Shown: in pieces, positions 28,801 through 43,800 of the stretch
Layout of the letters: each line of letters starts with the position of its first letter
Numbering within the stretch: the first letter of the stretch is position 1
Origin: Ruditapes philippinarum
Taxonomy: Eukaryota
DNA: 64,000 bases
Reading direction: 5' to 3'
Assembly (NCBI RefSeq): GCF_026571515.1
Contig: NW_026857848.1
Location: forward strand, 1-64,000
Position numbers and translations under genes: made by a program
Notes under the pieces: generated by a model
What the model saw: the letters and a program-made list of their open reading frames with translations, nothing else
What the model was told of the DNA's origin: nothing
Database searches by the model: none

Positions 28801-31800
28801 TCGTCCTGGCAAATGTTGGATATGATTCATTGTTACTAACATCAACTTCGGAACAAAACTGAAAAAATACAACAAAAAAGAGGCTATAAATAACTTATAC
28901 TCGTATATATTAATAAAGCTCTGAAAAAATACCTCTTATCAAATTTTCAAAGTTTACCTGAGCATACTTTTCATGCTATTAGGCGGAGAACATAGTTAAC
29001 AACCGTCTACACTTAGCAATAAATCTGTCAACTGCTCTTTAACGAATATATATTACTACAAAATTCCTTTCNNNNNNNNNNNNNNNNNNNNNNNNNNNNN
29101 NNNNNNNNNNNNNNNNNNNNNNNNNNNNNNNNNNNNNNNNNNNNNNNNNNNNNNNNNNNNNNNNNNNNNNNNNNNNNNNNNNNNNNNNNNNNNNNNNNNN
29201 NNTGTAGTATCCGTTTAAAAAGATAATATGAACGTTACAATTATCCATTACAATTTACAAACGTAAAATATTATTTAAAAAAGCAATTATTATTTATTAT
29301 TTTGTATTATATTATTATATATTATTATTTATTATTTTATAAGATAAATATACACATCAGTTGACATTGGCCATGTCAACCTCTTCTTGTATCAAATGTG
29401 AAAAAATAGACATAATCTAACAAAAACAGTATTTTTAATTGTCAGTTGCATATGTTAACATATTAAGCTATTTTCCCTTTCGGAGAAAATGTGTTAGTGT
29501 TTTATTAAATCTTATGTACGAATTCATATGCAACATGTGTGACATAAATGTCTTTTTTTTCAAGAATAGTACATATGTTTTATGACATTTACATAAATGA
29601 GAAAATGGTCCATATTTGAGGAAAATTTAATGGTTGTATTAAGTTATTATTTTGATGAAATGAATTATCATTCCACGAGGACAAAATGGTATATATTCAG
29701 TTAAATTACAACAGTCGTTGCCGTTATTCTGCTATAATTTCAACATGTTATTACATTCTTTTGACGTGCAGGAATCAACGTTTTAAAATGACATTAAAAT
29801 CTGCTATTCACATATAAAATACATCATTGATGTCAATTTTCTGACAGGATGCTTTTGAGACAGTTTAGGAAAAAAATCTCGAAATTGTACGACATTTTAT
29901 GTAAATCATTAAAGCAAGTATTGTACTGATTGCTTTTACGTCAGAGAAATTATGTCAACATTAACCGTTATCATACTGAATTTGTGAAGTTGATTTGGCC
30001 TAGTTTGAATTTGAAACAGTCTGTATACAAAATTTGAAACAGTCTAGATACAAAAAATAAGTTACCAACAGTTGAGAGCTTGACCAGACTGCACAGATGC
30101 CTGGCTCTATTTTATTAGCAATGGGTTTATCGCCTTCTGCCCCAGCATGTTTAATGTTAACATCAAAAGCTGTTGATTAGTTTTCAGGGATTGGAACAAA
30201 AACAATTCTATGAAACATATTCATAAAATGTTAAGAACATTCAATTTTTATAGTTTGTTTTCTTGGCAAAACTAAATAATAAAATAAAATAGAAGAACAT
30301 AAAGTATTTTTGCATGCGAAATATTAACAACACTTGTGTGCCATTTAAACAAAAAATAACTTAACACATATCAAAAGAAATATCACGCTCGTTTTAGAAA
30401 TAGATTGCATGTTACGATTGATACAATTGAAATGGTAATTCCTTATAAAATAGTCACAAAAATAGAAAAAGTATTAGCTTTACAGAGCCATGAATAATAA
30501 TTTAAAGAAGACCGGTATATTCCTTAAAAAACCAACATTGCGGAATTTAGGTAGGACGACCAATAATTACACCATTCGGTCAGTTACCGAGACTTGGCCG
30601 TTATTAAATCGCAATTAGCTATCTTTAGCTATAATTATGCCTTAAGAGTGTCGTGGGAGATGTTAAATAGAAACGATGATTAAAAGGTAATTAAACATAA
30701 AATACTTATGCCTCTTATTGCTCTAAATTCGAAGGCTTCAATTATGAAAGAAACCAGTTTTTGTTCGTCATTGTCTAGTTAAACAAAGGTTAAGCATCGG
30801 AAGGGTATATTTAAATGTCATCTCTAGGCGGTGCTTGTGTAGGTCACAATGGCATATATCTTTGTATCTTCCAATCAACAATGAAGGACGTTGAAACAGA
30901 ACAAGGACATATTGTTACATACTATAGTTTAACATAGAGGACAAACAGAGGATTCATTAAAACAAATTAAATACAAGCATTATCAAAGTGTCTGAACAAC
31001 GTCTTATGTTGATATACAACACTGTTCCCAATAGTTCCCAATAAGATTAGCTCCAATTTGTAAACCAAAACAATTTTATTTGGGTTTATTTATTTGCGGT
31101 TAACATGTATTTAGATGAGAAAATGACTTGACTGGAGTATTGTTAAATGATTGGTAATTAACTTTCATTAAGTAATGTCAGATAGTTACGTAAAAAGCAA
31201 TTAAATGATACTATTATTAAATAGACTTGCGTTTGAATATTATTATAAGTTTATTATAGACTTTGTGTTCATTTAAACTGCTCCCAACAGCATTTGGTTA
31301 AATCATAAAGATGAAACGCACTTATGTTTTATGTAAGGTCCATCATGGCAAAAAAATTGTTGATATCAATAAAAGTTGAATTGTTCTTTGTATACATATA
31401 ATATCTAACACACACATACACATAACAGCAATTATTACAAACACATGCAATTTTAACAAAGGTCGAAAAGAGTTAGACAACAGGTTCTAGCAACATAAGC
31501 ATGTGTCTTTTCCTATAGCGGTAAAAATGTTATGAAAAAATTAAACACATGAAGTTTTGGAGAATAATTTTATAAGACTTTTTCTTTCCATTTTATCCTG
31601 TTTTGAAAGTTTTCTTGTAATGCTTTGTATATATTGTAAACTGTAACATGTTTGTGTATGCTGTTTATTAATAAGCTAAGCGTTAAAAATATACATAGAC
31701 AATTTTAATACTCATCATTGTTAAAGTGTTTTCATTTGTTTTAATGTACTCTCTTGTATGGAATAAATGTATTATTGCAACTGTTATTTTATATTTTTAA

Positions 31801-34800
31801 TAGCCCTGTTGTGTTTCCTTTAAGTCTTATTTAAAAACAAACACGGCGGCTTTAATGCTTTTTCCCCCACAATAAGTGCTGTTTGTACTTATATAGCAAT
31901 ATATTAATATGTATGTATAATTATATACATAACAATTACTAAGTAGAACTCTTATTATGTTTCACAGCATCTTACGCCTACTCGGATTGAAATTTCTCGA
32001 TACTGATTTGCTCTATGAAACTTGGAGGTATTTTTCATATTGTGTGATATTTCAAAGATGATGTATATGTATATATTACCACGAGAATATATCTAGCTTT
32101 TGTTCTTTATAATTTATTGACGTTAATAACGTCTGTTTATTCTTGAATGCACCTGAGACCTGCCAGTGTGACATTGTATTCATCTTTCTTCGAGTCATCA
32201 AAGCTAAGAATAAAGCGTAATGATAAATATATATATATAAATACTACATAAAAGTCAACAGAAAATGGCACGAAGAAAGTATTTCTATTGATGACTTTTC
32301 GTAATTAATATGATCACAGAAAGAAAATGTAGGTCGTTATATTCATTAAGTGTTTTTTACAATCATTATACATTTTGTATAACCATTATTTGATTATTTA
32401 ACTGGTTAGCAATAACTCTGTTATAAGGAAGGTAGGTATATCATAGATGTACAAAAACATTTGACAAGTATTTGATTCCAGGAATAGTAAAACACATTTT
32501 CTAATTATGAAAGATCTATGGTACGAACAAAGCGATTGGTATACATAATGACCAACTCTGTTTTCTTCCACGAGTGTAATTGGAAAAATTGAGAAGTGGA
32601 CTGACAAAAATGACACGAAAAATATCATTCTATTTGTTTTGTAACTTGTTAACTTGGTATTAAAGAACATTCAGCTGAATTTTGATAGCAAAATGTATGC
32701 AAACGTTTGACCTTATTATGTGTATTTTCTTATTCATGCTTATTATGTTTTAATCTGGATTACTCCGGTCTTTATCTTTTGAGACGGATTTGAAATAAAT
32801 ACAAAATCTCAAATTTAAAGTGATCTTAGTTTGCTTTTTTGTATTATCTCAAATTTCTTTCTTTGAGATAATGTTTCATGAGTTTCACTTCTTGCTATTA
32901 TTTGAAGTTGCCAACTGGTCGCCGATCTATAAATGTGAATTAGGTTTCATTACTTTTAAGGCTAAAGACAGTTTGTGTACGATAAATGTCACTACAAGAA
33001 AGAAATAATTATGCAATTACTTAAGAAAGCTTTTAGTTAGATTCAATTCGAGACTAATGTACACCCCATGCTACGTCATGGCTCTACAATGTTCAGTTAT
33101 AAAGTACCAATTATAAAGCATTGTTAGAAATTTTCGAAATTAGACTGTATTATCTACTGTTCAATGATAATTTCGTACTTTCTTTTCACTATTGCATACT
33201 AGCTTATGTAAGTAATGCACTTATATTTTTGCACACTATGTCAAAATGCGCGCAACATTTTATCTAATATTTGTATCTTAATCGCCATCATTGATAAAGA
33301 ACACTAGACTTTGAGGCTCTAAAATAGAAAAAAATGCATAACTTTTTCCATATTTTTTTCATGGTGTAAAATATATAAACATAACATTTTGATCTGCTTG
33401 ATTTACCGTTGCAATAATCTGTGAAATTATAATTTGAAATGGTCAACACAAAAGCATTAAACATTAAGTTATTAAAGGATTTTTTTGATAATTTGTTAAA
33501 AAAAACATGATGGGTATGAAATAATACAAATGCCAAAAAGCGACAACTGACTTTTTACACAATGTTGTTATGGCATCGTTTCTTTCAAAGCATTCGTCAT
33601 AACAAAATGATTATTTTATTCCATGAACTGGAAGAAAAGAGCGATTCAAAAGATGGCAATAACATCCTAGCGTATCATTGTTGTGGGTGATTGACATGGT
33701 AACCAATGTAATGTATATATTGACCTAGATATATTCCAAATGTTTGGCATTTTTCTCTCGCACTACCGGATAACTGATTGTTTATGTTGGTTAGTGTTTG
33801 CAAAAAGGTGGGAAAATATATCTAAATGATATCAATGAATGACATTTACAGATTTTTTTATGCTTATTCCAACATATTATACAGCAAAAGACATCAAATC
33901 ATGAAACATAGTAAACTGATGAAATCGATGAAAGTATGAAAAAGAAATAATGTAAAATATGTTCTAATATTAGATTGCCAGGGGAATATTAGGTGATTTC
34001 GATAACCTTTACCAATGTTTCATCTTTTGTAAGATGTAGGAAATTTAAGAATCTCCACGGAATCATATGAATAACATTTTGTGCAATCAGCTTTCTTAAA
34101 CTAAATCTTTTTCTCCTTACGTTTTCGTTAATTACATTTTATATTAAGGGCTAGTAATTGGGGTTAGGAAGGGGCGGAAGGACACGACTTGTTTGGAAAA
34201 TGCATCAAGAAGTCATATATTTTTACGAGATACCGTGATAAAATGGACAATACTACATACAATAATACAGGTAGGCATCAACTTTCAGGTGCCCAATTAA
34301 CATTCCCATAAATCTGATCAAAAATAATTTTGAAAAAACAACTTTTTGAAGTTGACATCTGTGGTTCTTTTTATAAATGTATATGTGATGCATATTGTAT
34401 TTGAATATTTTCTTTTTGTGTTCTACTTTTTAAACATCAGTATGTTGAAAAAAGAAACTCTGATATTAATAATCAAAACTCCTCAAATATACGAATAAGT
34501 TTCTAAATATTCAAGCCTGTTTGAAATGATGAATCTGAATCGATCATGCAACTTTTTGTATGATCCCACTTCCGTAATAAGTTTTGTAGGTCAAGAAAAC
34601 AATATTTATATAAAGTCATTTTGTTGCTTCATTCACCATTGTTATGCTTCTTACCGTAAACTATCATGGGAAATTGTATTGTCAGCCTCCGTAACATTTG
34701 CATGATTTTGACAATTACTTTATGTGCATATTTACCCTGAAATGGCTTCATCGCTCAGAAAGAACGAAAGCCTATTACCGAAATCTTAAGATTTTAAAAA

Positions 34801-37800
34801 TAGCGCTGGAACTCATTTCTACGCCCAGACAAGAATAAATTGTCCATGGTAATTCATTGTCGATATACTTTCTAACATACTTGAAAAATTCATTTTCAGT
34901 TTCTATGATTTAAAAAATAAATAAATAAGAAAAAACATATAACAAATTTAATGTCAGTTTGAAATTTGGCTTGGATCACATTTTGAATTATATTGATCAA
35001 GGAATACGCTATTTTTTTCTTTTGAACGTTTTGAAATATAAAATTTAGCTGAAGTACTTTAAACATTAATTAATTAATTTCTGAACTTTTTATTCTTTAG
35101 TTTGTACAATGTGTTTATCATATTAATATTAAAATAAGATATTGTAACATTGATTTCTTGCAGAATTTTCAGTCTCTTAAAGCTATTTATCTGTTGATTA
35201 TTTACAACCGTAGTCGTGGAAATTGATATGCATGCTAATTATAACGGAAACTTTAAATATGCAACACCAGTCAAATAAAGGTCATTCCATGTTCAACATG
35301 AATGGCTTTTGTCGGTTCCTAATCTTCCGTAAGATCTAGTTATGTTTGCCAATTTTTTAACGAGAATGCTCTATGATATCCGTTCACATGATTATTGGTT
35401 GAATGTCTTGTTAAATTACCAATCTACTGTTTGGTACAAAAACTATTGTAACTCCTATGACTTATAGAAGGATGTACAATCATTTCACACCAAACTCACT
35501 TCGACAAGCTTGAATTGTTTTTTTTTGTGTGTTTCTTATACACATTACCTTCAGCAAAGGTGTAATAAAAAGGCTACACTTTTAATGTTATTTATGGTTA
35601 ATAATCAGATAATGTTTAGAAATATATCCCTACCAAAGAATGAATGATGAGAGATTATATAATGACAGTTCTGAGAAGGAAAATATGATAAATTATTGGT
35701 TAAAAATTTAAAAAAAACGGTGTTTTAAATTAAATATTACACCGAAAAGGCTTTATTTTTGAGTTGATATAGTTTTATTTTGAAGGTGAAAAAACAAGTA
35801 ATAAAAAGTTAAAATTCAGAAAATATATGTATTAATCAGATTAAAAAGATATAAAAATCTGTTAAAAATCTGACGCTGATTTGTTTATTGTATTATTGTT
35901 ATCATATATGTCAAGAGAGCTGGGTGTTTTCCGGTTTGTATTTCAGCACTAAACCTATGACATTTATAACATGTGGTGTTGAAAGATTTTTTTTCTATTT
36001 TTTTTTAACAAATAATGATATTTAAATATATCAAATCAACACTTTGATATTTATGCAAATGTTAAATTTGACAAGTTAAAAAGAGTTTTTATTTATCTGC
36101 AAATATCACCCTCTGCAAATATCATCTCTTTTTGATGGCTTTATAACTTTATGTTTATCACGTAATAGAATATAAATGTGAGAAATAATAAGCGCAATAA
36201 AATTCATCCCTAATATATCAAATTTTAAAGATATAAATATAAACAAATATAGAATAGAGTCAATACACAATAGGTCGTTGCCACATATTACTTTATGAAA
36301 CTATGATGTGTCATCGGTAAGTTAACTGAAAAAAAAATATCACCACAAATGAACAGAACAAAATTATCACGGCACTTTGTCTCAATTAAGAATGTTCACC
36401 CCATACAAATGATTAATTGAAACAGGTTAAAATAAAAACACTTTTCAACAGCAGTTATAGTTGGTAGTGCTTCTTATTTTTACTAAATTTTACTAGCTTG
36501 ATTTATGCATATCAGCCGCTATAATTAGATATAAGTTTGAAAATATTTCCTCTTTTATTTGATATTCTATGCCATTCAATGCAAAAAAATTGTAATAGGC
36601 AATTATGTCTGGTTTTATTACGAAAGGATCCTGTAATCCATTTTTATGGCGCTTATTTGCAACTGATTTTCTGTCATCACATTTGATACCTCTATTATAT
36701 AAAAGGAGTGTTTAAGTTTTAGGAATTAAGAAGTTCCGGGTTCTAGTCTTGCCGTAATCACTGCTATTACTTGCTAGGATGCTATAATTCTTTGACCCTT
36801 TGATAAGCGTGTTAAATTACTCTAAAGGAAGATCGGCATAATGTTGTAAAATACTAGAAGACCGATGATTTTGAGTAAACTTGTTAAGTCACTGAACGTA
36901 CCAAAGACATAAAACTTAAAGTACTATTGTTTAATGCAAGGACTATTACATCTAAACGCTAAGTCTTTGATAAAACGTTCTTTCTGCTCTCTTTCAGAAG
37001 TATGAGAAATTAGCATTTTATCATTCAACTTATACAGTTTCAAATTTACATTTTCAAATTCTATTAATTTGCATACCATGCCATACATCCAGGACAATCC
37101 CTATAACAAAGAGTTAGCTATTTAATTGCTCTGAACAAATGCAATAAAGGATGCAAGAATAGTGTGTTTTCAGGGTCATTTCTAGCACTCTCTTTGTAAT
37201 CATACTGTTTTGTTTTGACAAGCAATTAGGAACATGTTTCTCTGCTCTCCAAAATATCCTGCATGCTTTGTTATTTCATCCAGAAAATATCAAAGAAAAC
37301 TGCATAAATCAAGTTCAATGAAATAACTATATGTATCAATAGACAATTATGGAAAATATCTAAATATACGAGAACAAATTGTCTGATCTATGCAATTTCA
37401 TGAAATCTCTCATCCTTTATCAATATTCTAATTATTTTACAAAATGATGAACTATTTTCACTACATGCAGTTTGAACAACATGTAAAAAGTTTACTACAA
37501 TTGTATTGATTTTGGTTGATAATTCAAATTTACACTTATATTTGAAAAAATGGCGCAAAAAATGGTGTTTATTTTTTTTATTCTGAATTGTATAATTCTT
37601 GTATTGCGGACAGAGGCAATTTGTAAAGGAAATGATGTCTGTTTGAAATTTTACAGACTTGAAATAATTGTTTCGTATTTTCTTCTACTGTTGATGAATG
37701 TGCATATATGTTATTCAATACGCATGCTTATTTGTGCTCATCCATAAGCAATTCTTCGCTAAATTATATCTTCTTAAGTTTTGGACTTAGATGTCAATCA

Positions 37801-40800
37801 AATAATATGATTTAAAATAATATTGTATGATATATGGCGTCATTCGTTAAAACTGTGACATATTTCCATAATAAGCATTCTGTTTTATGGACATCATTGC
37901 ATATCATATGTCAAATAAGACTTTCGTAATGTTAAATTGGTATGTATCTGTTAGATGTTAGAATATTTTTCAAAGAATGTTTTCTACTTTATTTGTATAC
38001 TCAAAAGAAACAAAGACACTTTTAAGTGAAATGTATAATCCGGTGATGATGGTAGACGTATATTTTTGTTTCAAACACTATAACATGTTAAGTTAATAGT
38101 TGTGTGAAAGGAAGCCAGTGGATTTCTTTGTACAATAATGAGTCGTGAATTCATTTCGTATCTTAACTAATCAGTTTAGTTTATAACATATTTCATTGCA
38201 ACATATACATATAAAATAATATATAAATAATATTTATATAACAAAATAATATGAGTTGGGCCTCAAGTTCTTGGAAGTTTTGATCAGTACCTTCCAATAA
38301 CAAAACGAACATGCAATGGCCATCAGGAGCGAAATTACTGGATAAAGCAAATTCGAAATAAGTGTAACATAACTGAATCTATGATACATGTATTTTATAT
38401 TCATCACACAAACTTTTTAATATAACCATTCATTTCAGAACGTTAAATAAGTAAGTTATCGCCTAAAAAATTAAATTACTACAAAATTTCAAAAGGTAGA
38501 TAGAGAATATAGTTTACCGTGGAAGTGAAACAAATTTTCTAAATGTAATAAAACATCTAAAAGTCCTTTTCTAGCAAAGAAGTGATAAGGGATTAAAATA
38601 CATTTACTTATTATTATAGAGAACTGCGTTCTGTTCGGAACTTTGATACATATAATGTTAAGCATTTCTTACCTATAGAGATGTTTAGAATGTTTGTTAG
38701 ATTTGGTACAAGTTAGTTATTGCAAAAATATTCATTAGACCTTTTGGACTTGCAAGAATAGCAATATGCTGTTACCAGAACATATAAAACATTCCTGATG
38801 ATATATTGTTTCCCGCAACAACCTGTGTATTAAACGCGAGTTCATATAACGGCCATGTCACCTGTCTGTTTGGTAATATATTTTTTTTATTCTTTACTGT
38901 TAAGTACCATTTCAGAAAACAATAAGTAGTTGCCAAGTGTCTAAAGAATAGCTATATGACATTTTGCTTATCAATTTCAAATGTGTGCACGAAAAACCCT
39001 GTGCAATTGTTAAGTCTTTCCCATACTAAAAATCTGAAGAAACAGTGATCCCTCCGAAGCATTAATCTCTATCAAAATACATGAAAACTGCAAACTCGGT
39101 TTGATTGAGTCTGTACATGAAGGGTAACGAAAAAGTGAAACGTCCCTCAAGTCCCCAGCACCGGCATGAACGGTACTTAATTTTCAACACTGAAAAGTGC
39201 TGGAATCTATGATCCCGAAGGATCAGAAAAATTAAACAACACTGAAGTGAAGTACTGACAAACTTTTTACAGCTGCCACAAGTTTATACTAAACATATAA
39301 GACAGTATTGTATTTAAAAATGCATTGAAACTTTTTATTTAGACTTTTGAATGTATTGGTCTATCTTATCACGTTATTACTGAAATAGAATATTATTTAT
39401 TGTTACAAATACGGTGAAAGTTCTTTATTACACTGTAAAAAGAATTATTGAGTATAATCTATGCTGCTTTTCATTTTGTAGTTTAAACCATCACTGTTGC
39501 TGAAATGGTTAATTTATGGAATTATAAAGTCTCCCTAAAGAGAAAAGCTTATATCATTTTTTTAAAAGCTTTCCTTTCGGTAGTTTGTTATAGTTTCAAA
39601 AATTGTTTCTGTTGCTCTTTTTTTAATTAGTTAGTTATAGTTTCATTGAAGTCAAAATACTACTTTGTTTACATTTTGCTACTTTTATGAAAATTAATGT
39701 TACATTTTGTGATATTCCTTTTATGTGATTAGCATATAACATGCTCGAAAACCATTACTCATATGTTATTAATCTTATATTTGTCCTTGCTTAAGATGAA
39801 GATGAAAAAAATCATTTGTTTCTTAGGCGAATTGCGCCTTAAATATAAATTAAAGAAAATAACTTCGATCTCAATACTCTTTCCATTTAGATTTCCAACC
39901 ACAATTATCTTAAAATTTGCATAATTTATAGAGCTAACTCTTCAATTAAATAACTACGCCACCAGTTATAATCCGTTAATATATTTTTGTATTTTCCAAT
40001 TTGCATATTTTGCTAGTTAATTACAAGAAGTTCAGTGTAACACGTAATAAATTTCGGCAGTGCCAGGTTTTTTTAATAGAAAATTTGCATTTTAATTCAC
40101 ATTTAGAAATAAGACGCTGCTGTCTCGTATCATCGGCTGTTTAATTCACAAAAACGTAAACATTATTTTGTTTAATTTGGCGATTTAAATGCATTTCCTT
40201 TAAATCATCTTAATCAATATATGACACCTTCTTGCTGAACATCTACAGGGGCTTAGTTACTAAATAATTTTTAAATGTAAAATCGAATTGTATAAGGTTT
40301 TTATATACCTCTTGTTTAAAAAAGATCAACGCTAGTATGGCATTCTAAATACATACTACAGTTTGCTTTATTATTGACATATCAGTTAAACACTGTTTAC
40401 TTTCTTTCACAATTAAAACAAGAATCACGCTGACCGTACGATCTTTAAATATTAATTTTATAGTGGATTGGTCAACAATATGCACATTTTCATACGCATT
40501 TCCAAATATTGATTTAAACAATTCAATGTACCACTTGGATATTCGTACATAATGTTTCTTTAAAAAAATGGATCGAGTGCGAAAAAATTAAGCTTGGACA
40601 TTTATGCGATGAATTATAACATTTTGTTCTAGAGCAATTTATTACTTGCTATAAAAAAAATTGTAGAATCCAATCATGGATATCGATCCTTTCAGCATCC
40701 TCCATATATCAAAATTTTGTGGTTTGTTGTGACTTATGGTACAAAATACTATCAACATACGTATAAGTTGTCTTTCAGACTTCATATTACGGACCAATTC

Positions 40801-43800
40801 ATTTTAAAGTGAATTGGCCTATGATGGGAGGTCTGTTTGTTTTGTTTGTTTTGGGTTTTACGTCACATCGACACAGTATAGGTCATACTGTGTCGATGTG
40901 ACGTAAAACCCAAAACAAACAGACCTCCCATCATAGGCTGTAATATTGTAAGTAATTATGTTAACAGTATTTAGTATCACGTATTAACAGACATAACAAC
41001 AAATCACGAAATAATTTTGTATGGATGTTGCTGGCAAGATTGAGATACATGATCGGAATTACATATATTTACAAAGAAGACAATAAAATGTTCTAGAACA
41101 AAATGATATTGTTCATTATATAAATGTTCATACTAAATCACTTATAATTTTATCATCAACATTTTTTCAAGCAATATCTTATAATAATATATATGATAAA
41201 ATGTTCTAGAACACAATATTATTATCCATAATATAAATGTTCATACTAAATCACTTAGAACTTTATAATCAACTTTTTTTCAGGCAATAGTTTATAAGAA
41301 TATCTGATTGTTATATTATCATTGTTTTTTATCAATATTTGAAATACTGATGGAAAATGTGCCCATTGTAGACCTATTCACTTTAAGTGATATGTCGGAC
41401 TACAGCGATATTACAACAATGGGAAAATATACACATTTGTATATTGGTATGAATTTTTTCTCTGACTGAGTCCAAAATTTTCACTTCCATTAACTAAAAC
41501 AATTGTATCATTCCAAATATACTGACATCTACTATCATCTAAAGTGCAACTTATACCTGCAGCTAAAAGATATAAATAAATTGACACGTTGTTTGGTCAG
41601 TTTTCTGTTTATGAACTAATACAAAAAACCAAGCTAGTTACAGTGAAATAAGGCACGTTCTCAATCAAAGCTTGTTTAGCAAACACAAAAGCGGCACAAT
41701 GACGTGATCCTAATTGAATTGCATAAGGAATTCTTGATATATTCACTCAGACGGCAGGAAATATTGTCTGCCTTATAATTGCGTAGACGTATTGTCAATA
41801 TTTAAAGACAATGTAAGCAATCCAAGTTTTGCTTTGTAAAAGTCCATAAAGGATTTCCATGATTGTTTAAACGCGCATGCTAGTACAGAAAAATGATATT
41901 TCTCCAGCAAAAATATTGTACACAAATTTAACATTTATTAATGAAAAAGGAGACAAAAAATTACATATTAATATGTTTGACTGGTGTGTTAATGAACTAT
42001 ATTGAAAAGCGAAAACGTTCTCAAAACCCCTAGCACTGAAAAGGGCTGTTTTATTCATACTTTATTACAGCGGGTGTCAGGAGTCGTGTGGCAGTTATTA
42101 AAGGCTGTTTCAGGGTTGTAATGTTCTTTTTTTTTTGTTCTTCGGCATATTCACTTCAGCACATTATATGTTGAAGATTGAATACCGTTTTAACCGGTGC
42201 TAGGCGGTGTTAGAGATGTTGCACTTTTTCATTATCCTTCGTGAATCAATCAAACCGTTTTCAATTTTACTTTGTTGCTTTCACTGCTTCCAGAGGATTA
42301 CCCCCCCCCCTTTTTTTTAGATAATTCTGTAAAATCTTTCGTGTCGGTTATTTACATTTTTATAAAGGGTTTGACTTATCCTGCTTTAGACAATAATAAG
42401 AAGATAAATAGCATTTACAACATTTATTTAAAGGCCAAGTCACCATGCTTTAAACAAATCATAAAGTTCAAAGAATTAATGCCTTTCTGCCAACATCAGT
42501 ACAAAAATGACTTTAAAATTATTTAAAAACTAAATAATCTGTGGTTGTTCTAAACACATTATAGACTTACATCATCATGAAAATGTCAAAGCTTATACTC
42601 GTACATATATTGTAATTGTGATTCCTTGTCAATCCCTTACTTGTTGTTAATCTCGTCATATGTTATTAACCAAGCCTTACATTATAGGTCATCAAAAGTG
42701 CTTCTAGTGTGTATTTTATTACAGACTGGTATCTATATTGTTCAATGAACCATGCTATGACGTCATGAGATAAACGCTGTATGATAAATAAGATCAATGA
42801 TGACAATGTAACACCATAATGAACCTGTCAGTTATTAACTTAACTATACTATATTGACCATTAACCGTATTGTCAGTGTTACATACATGTTTGTAAATAC
42901 GATTCATTATAAATCAATCAGTAATTGACAGTAATAAGGTTTTTATATGAATTTTACGTTTTACGTTCTTTGTTATTACATTCCGTGTTGGTGCGACGTA
43001 AAACCCAACGAAAAAATACATTCCGTTGATATTGTCAACATTTGAGTATCATTACGTAAAGGCGTAAAACTTAGTCATTTGTTAAGATAAAATAATGTGT
43101 TATTACTCTGAACATAAAGGGGACTCGTTAGTGTCTCCAACCTTTGAAAGTTGGCATATAAATAAGTATGTACCTAATTGCGATAAAATTTGAATATGAA
43201 ATTGTCTAGTCATTGGGATATAAATATGATATGATATTGTAATGGTGTGACAAGGCTAAATTTAAATAAATCTGTGAAAGAAAAAACGAACTAGTCTTCA
43301 GCCTATTCAAAATCATTACTTACACTAGTCACTTGGGTGGTCAGTTTGTCCGTAAACTGCCCGCGTCGTACGCTCGGAAAGGATAATATACTTACGTATT
43401 TAGTCTTGTTAAAGTCTCGTTTAAAAAGTATGCGAAGTATGCACTACGCATCGGACCTGAAAATCCAATTTTTAGCTTGAAAGAGCCTACAATGTTAAAA
43501 ATTTGTTTATCCATAAACTTACATTTTTCTCATAACTGATGAATTTTAGAATTTCGAGTGTTCATTTATCATTTTAATTGTTTTATAGAAAGTGGAGTTC
43601 TAGCTAAAAACAAACGGTGTTACCTTTATCACTTCCTGACATTAATTCTTGTATATAAGTACCAAGTATTTATATCAACTTAAACTGTGTTGATATATTT
43701 ACATTCATCAATTTGCAATGTTTGTGTATTGCATGGTAATCCTTGATGCTATTGTATGATGATTTGAAACCTTAGGCCAAGTTTTAATCTATAACACAGA

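Noticed and set aside
29072-29202. Missing coding exon hidden in the N gap
   Set aside because: Exon 1 (…PMISY) joins exon 2 (FCS…) in phase with no gap relative to the family consensus.
37550-37747. 65-aa ORF with signal-peptide-like start (nested secreted peptide or ligand?)
   Set aside because: The composition is typical of T-rich intron noise, with no EH-like Cys spacing, cleavage sites or clear exon structure.
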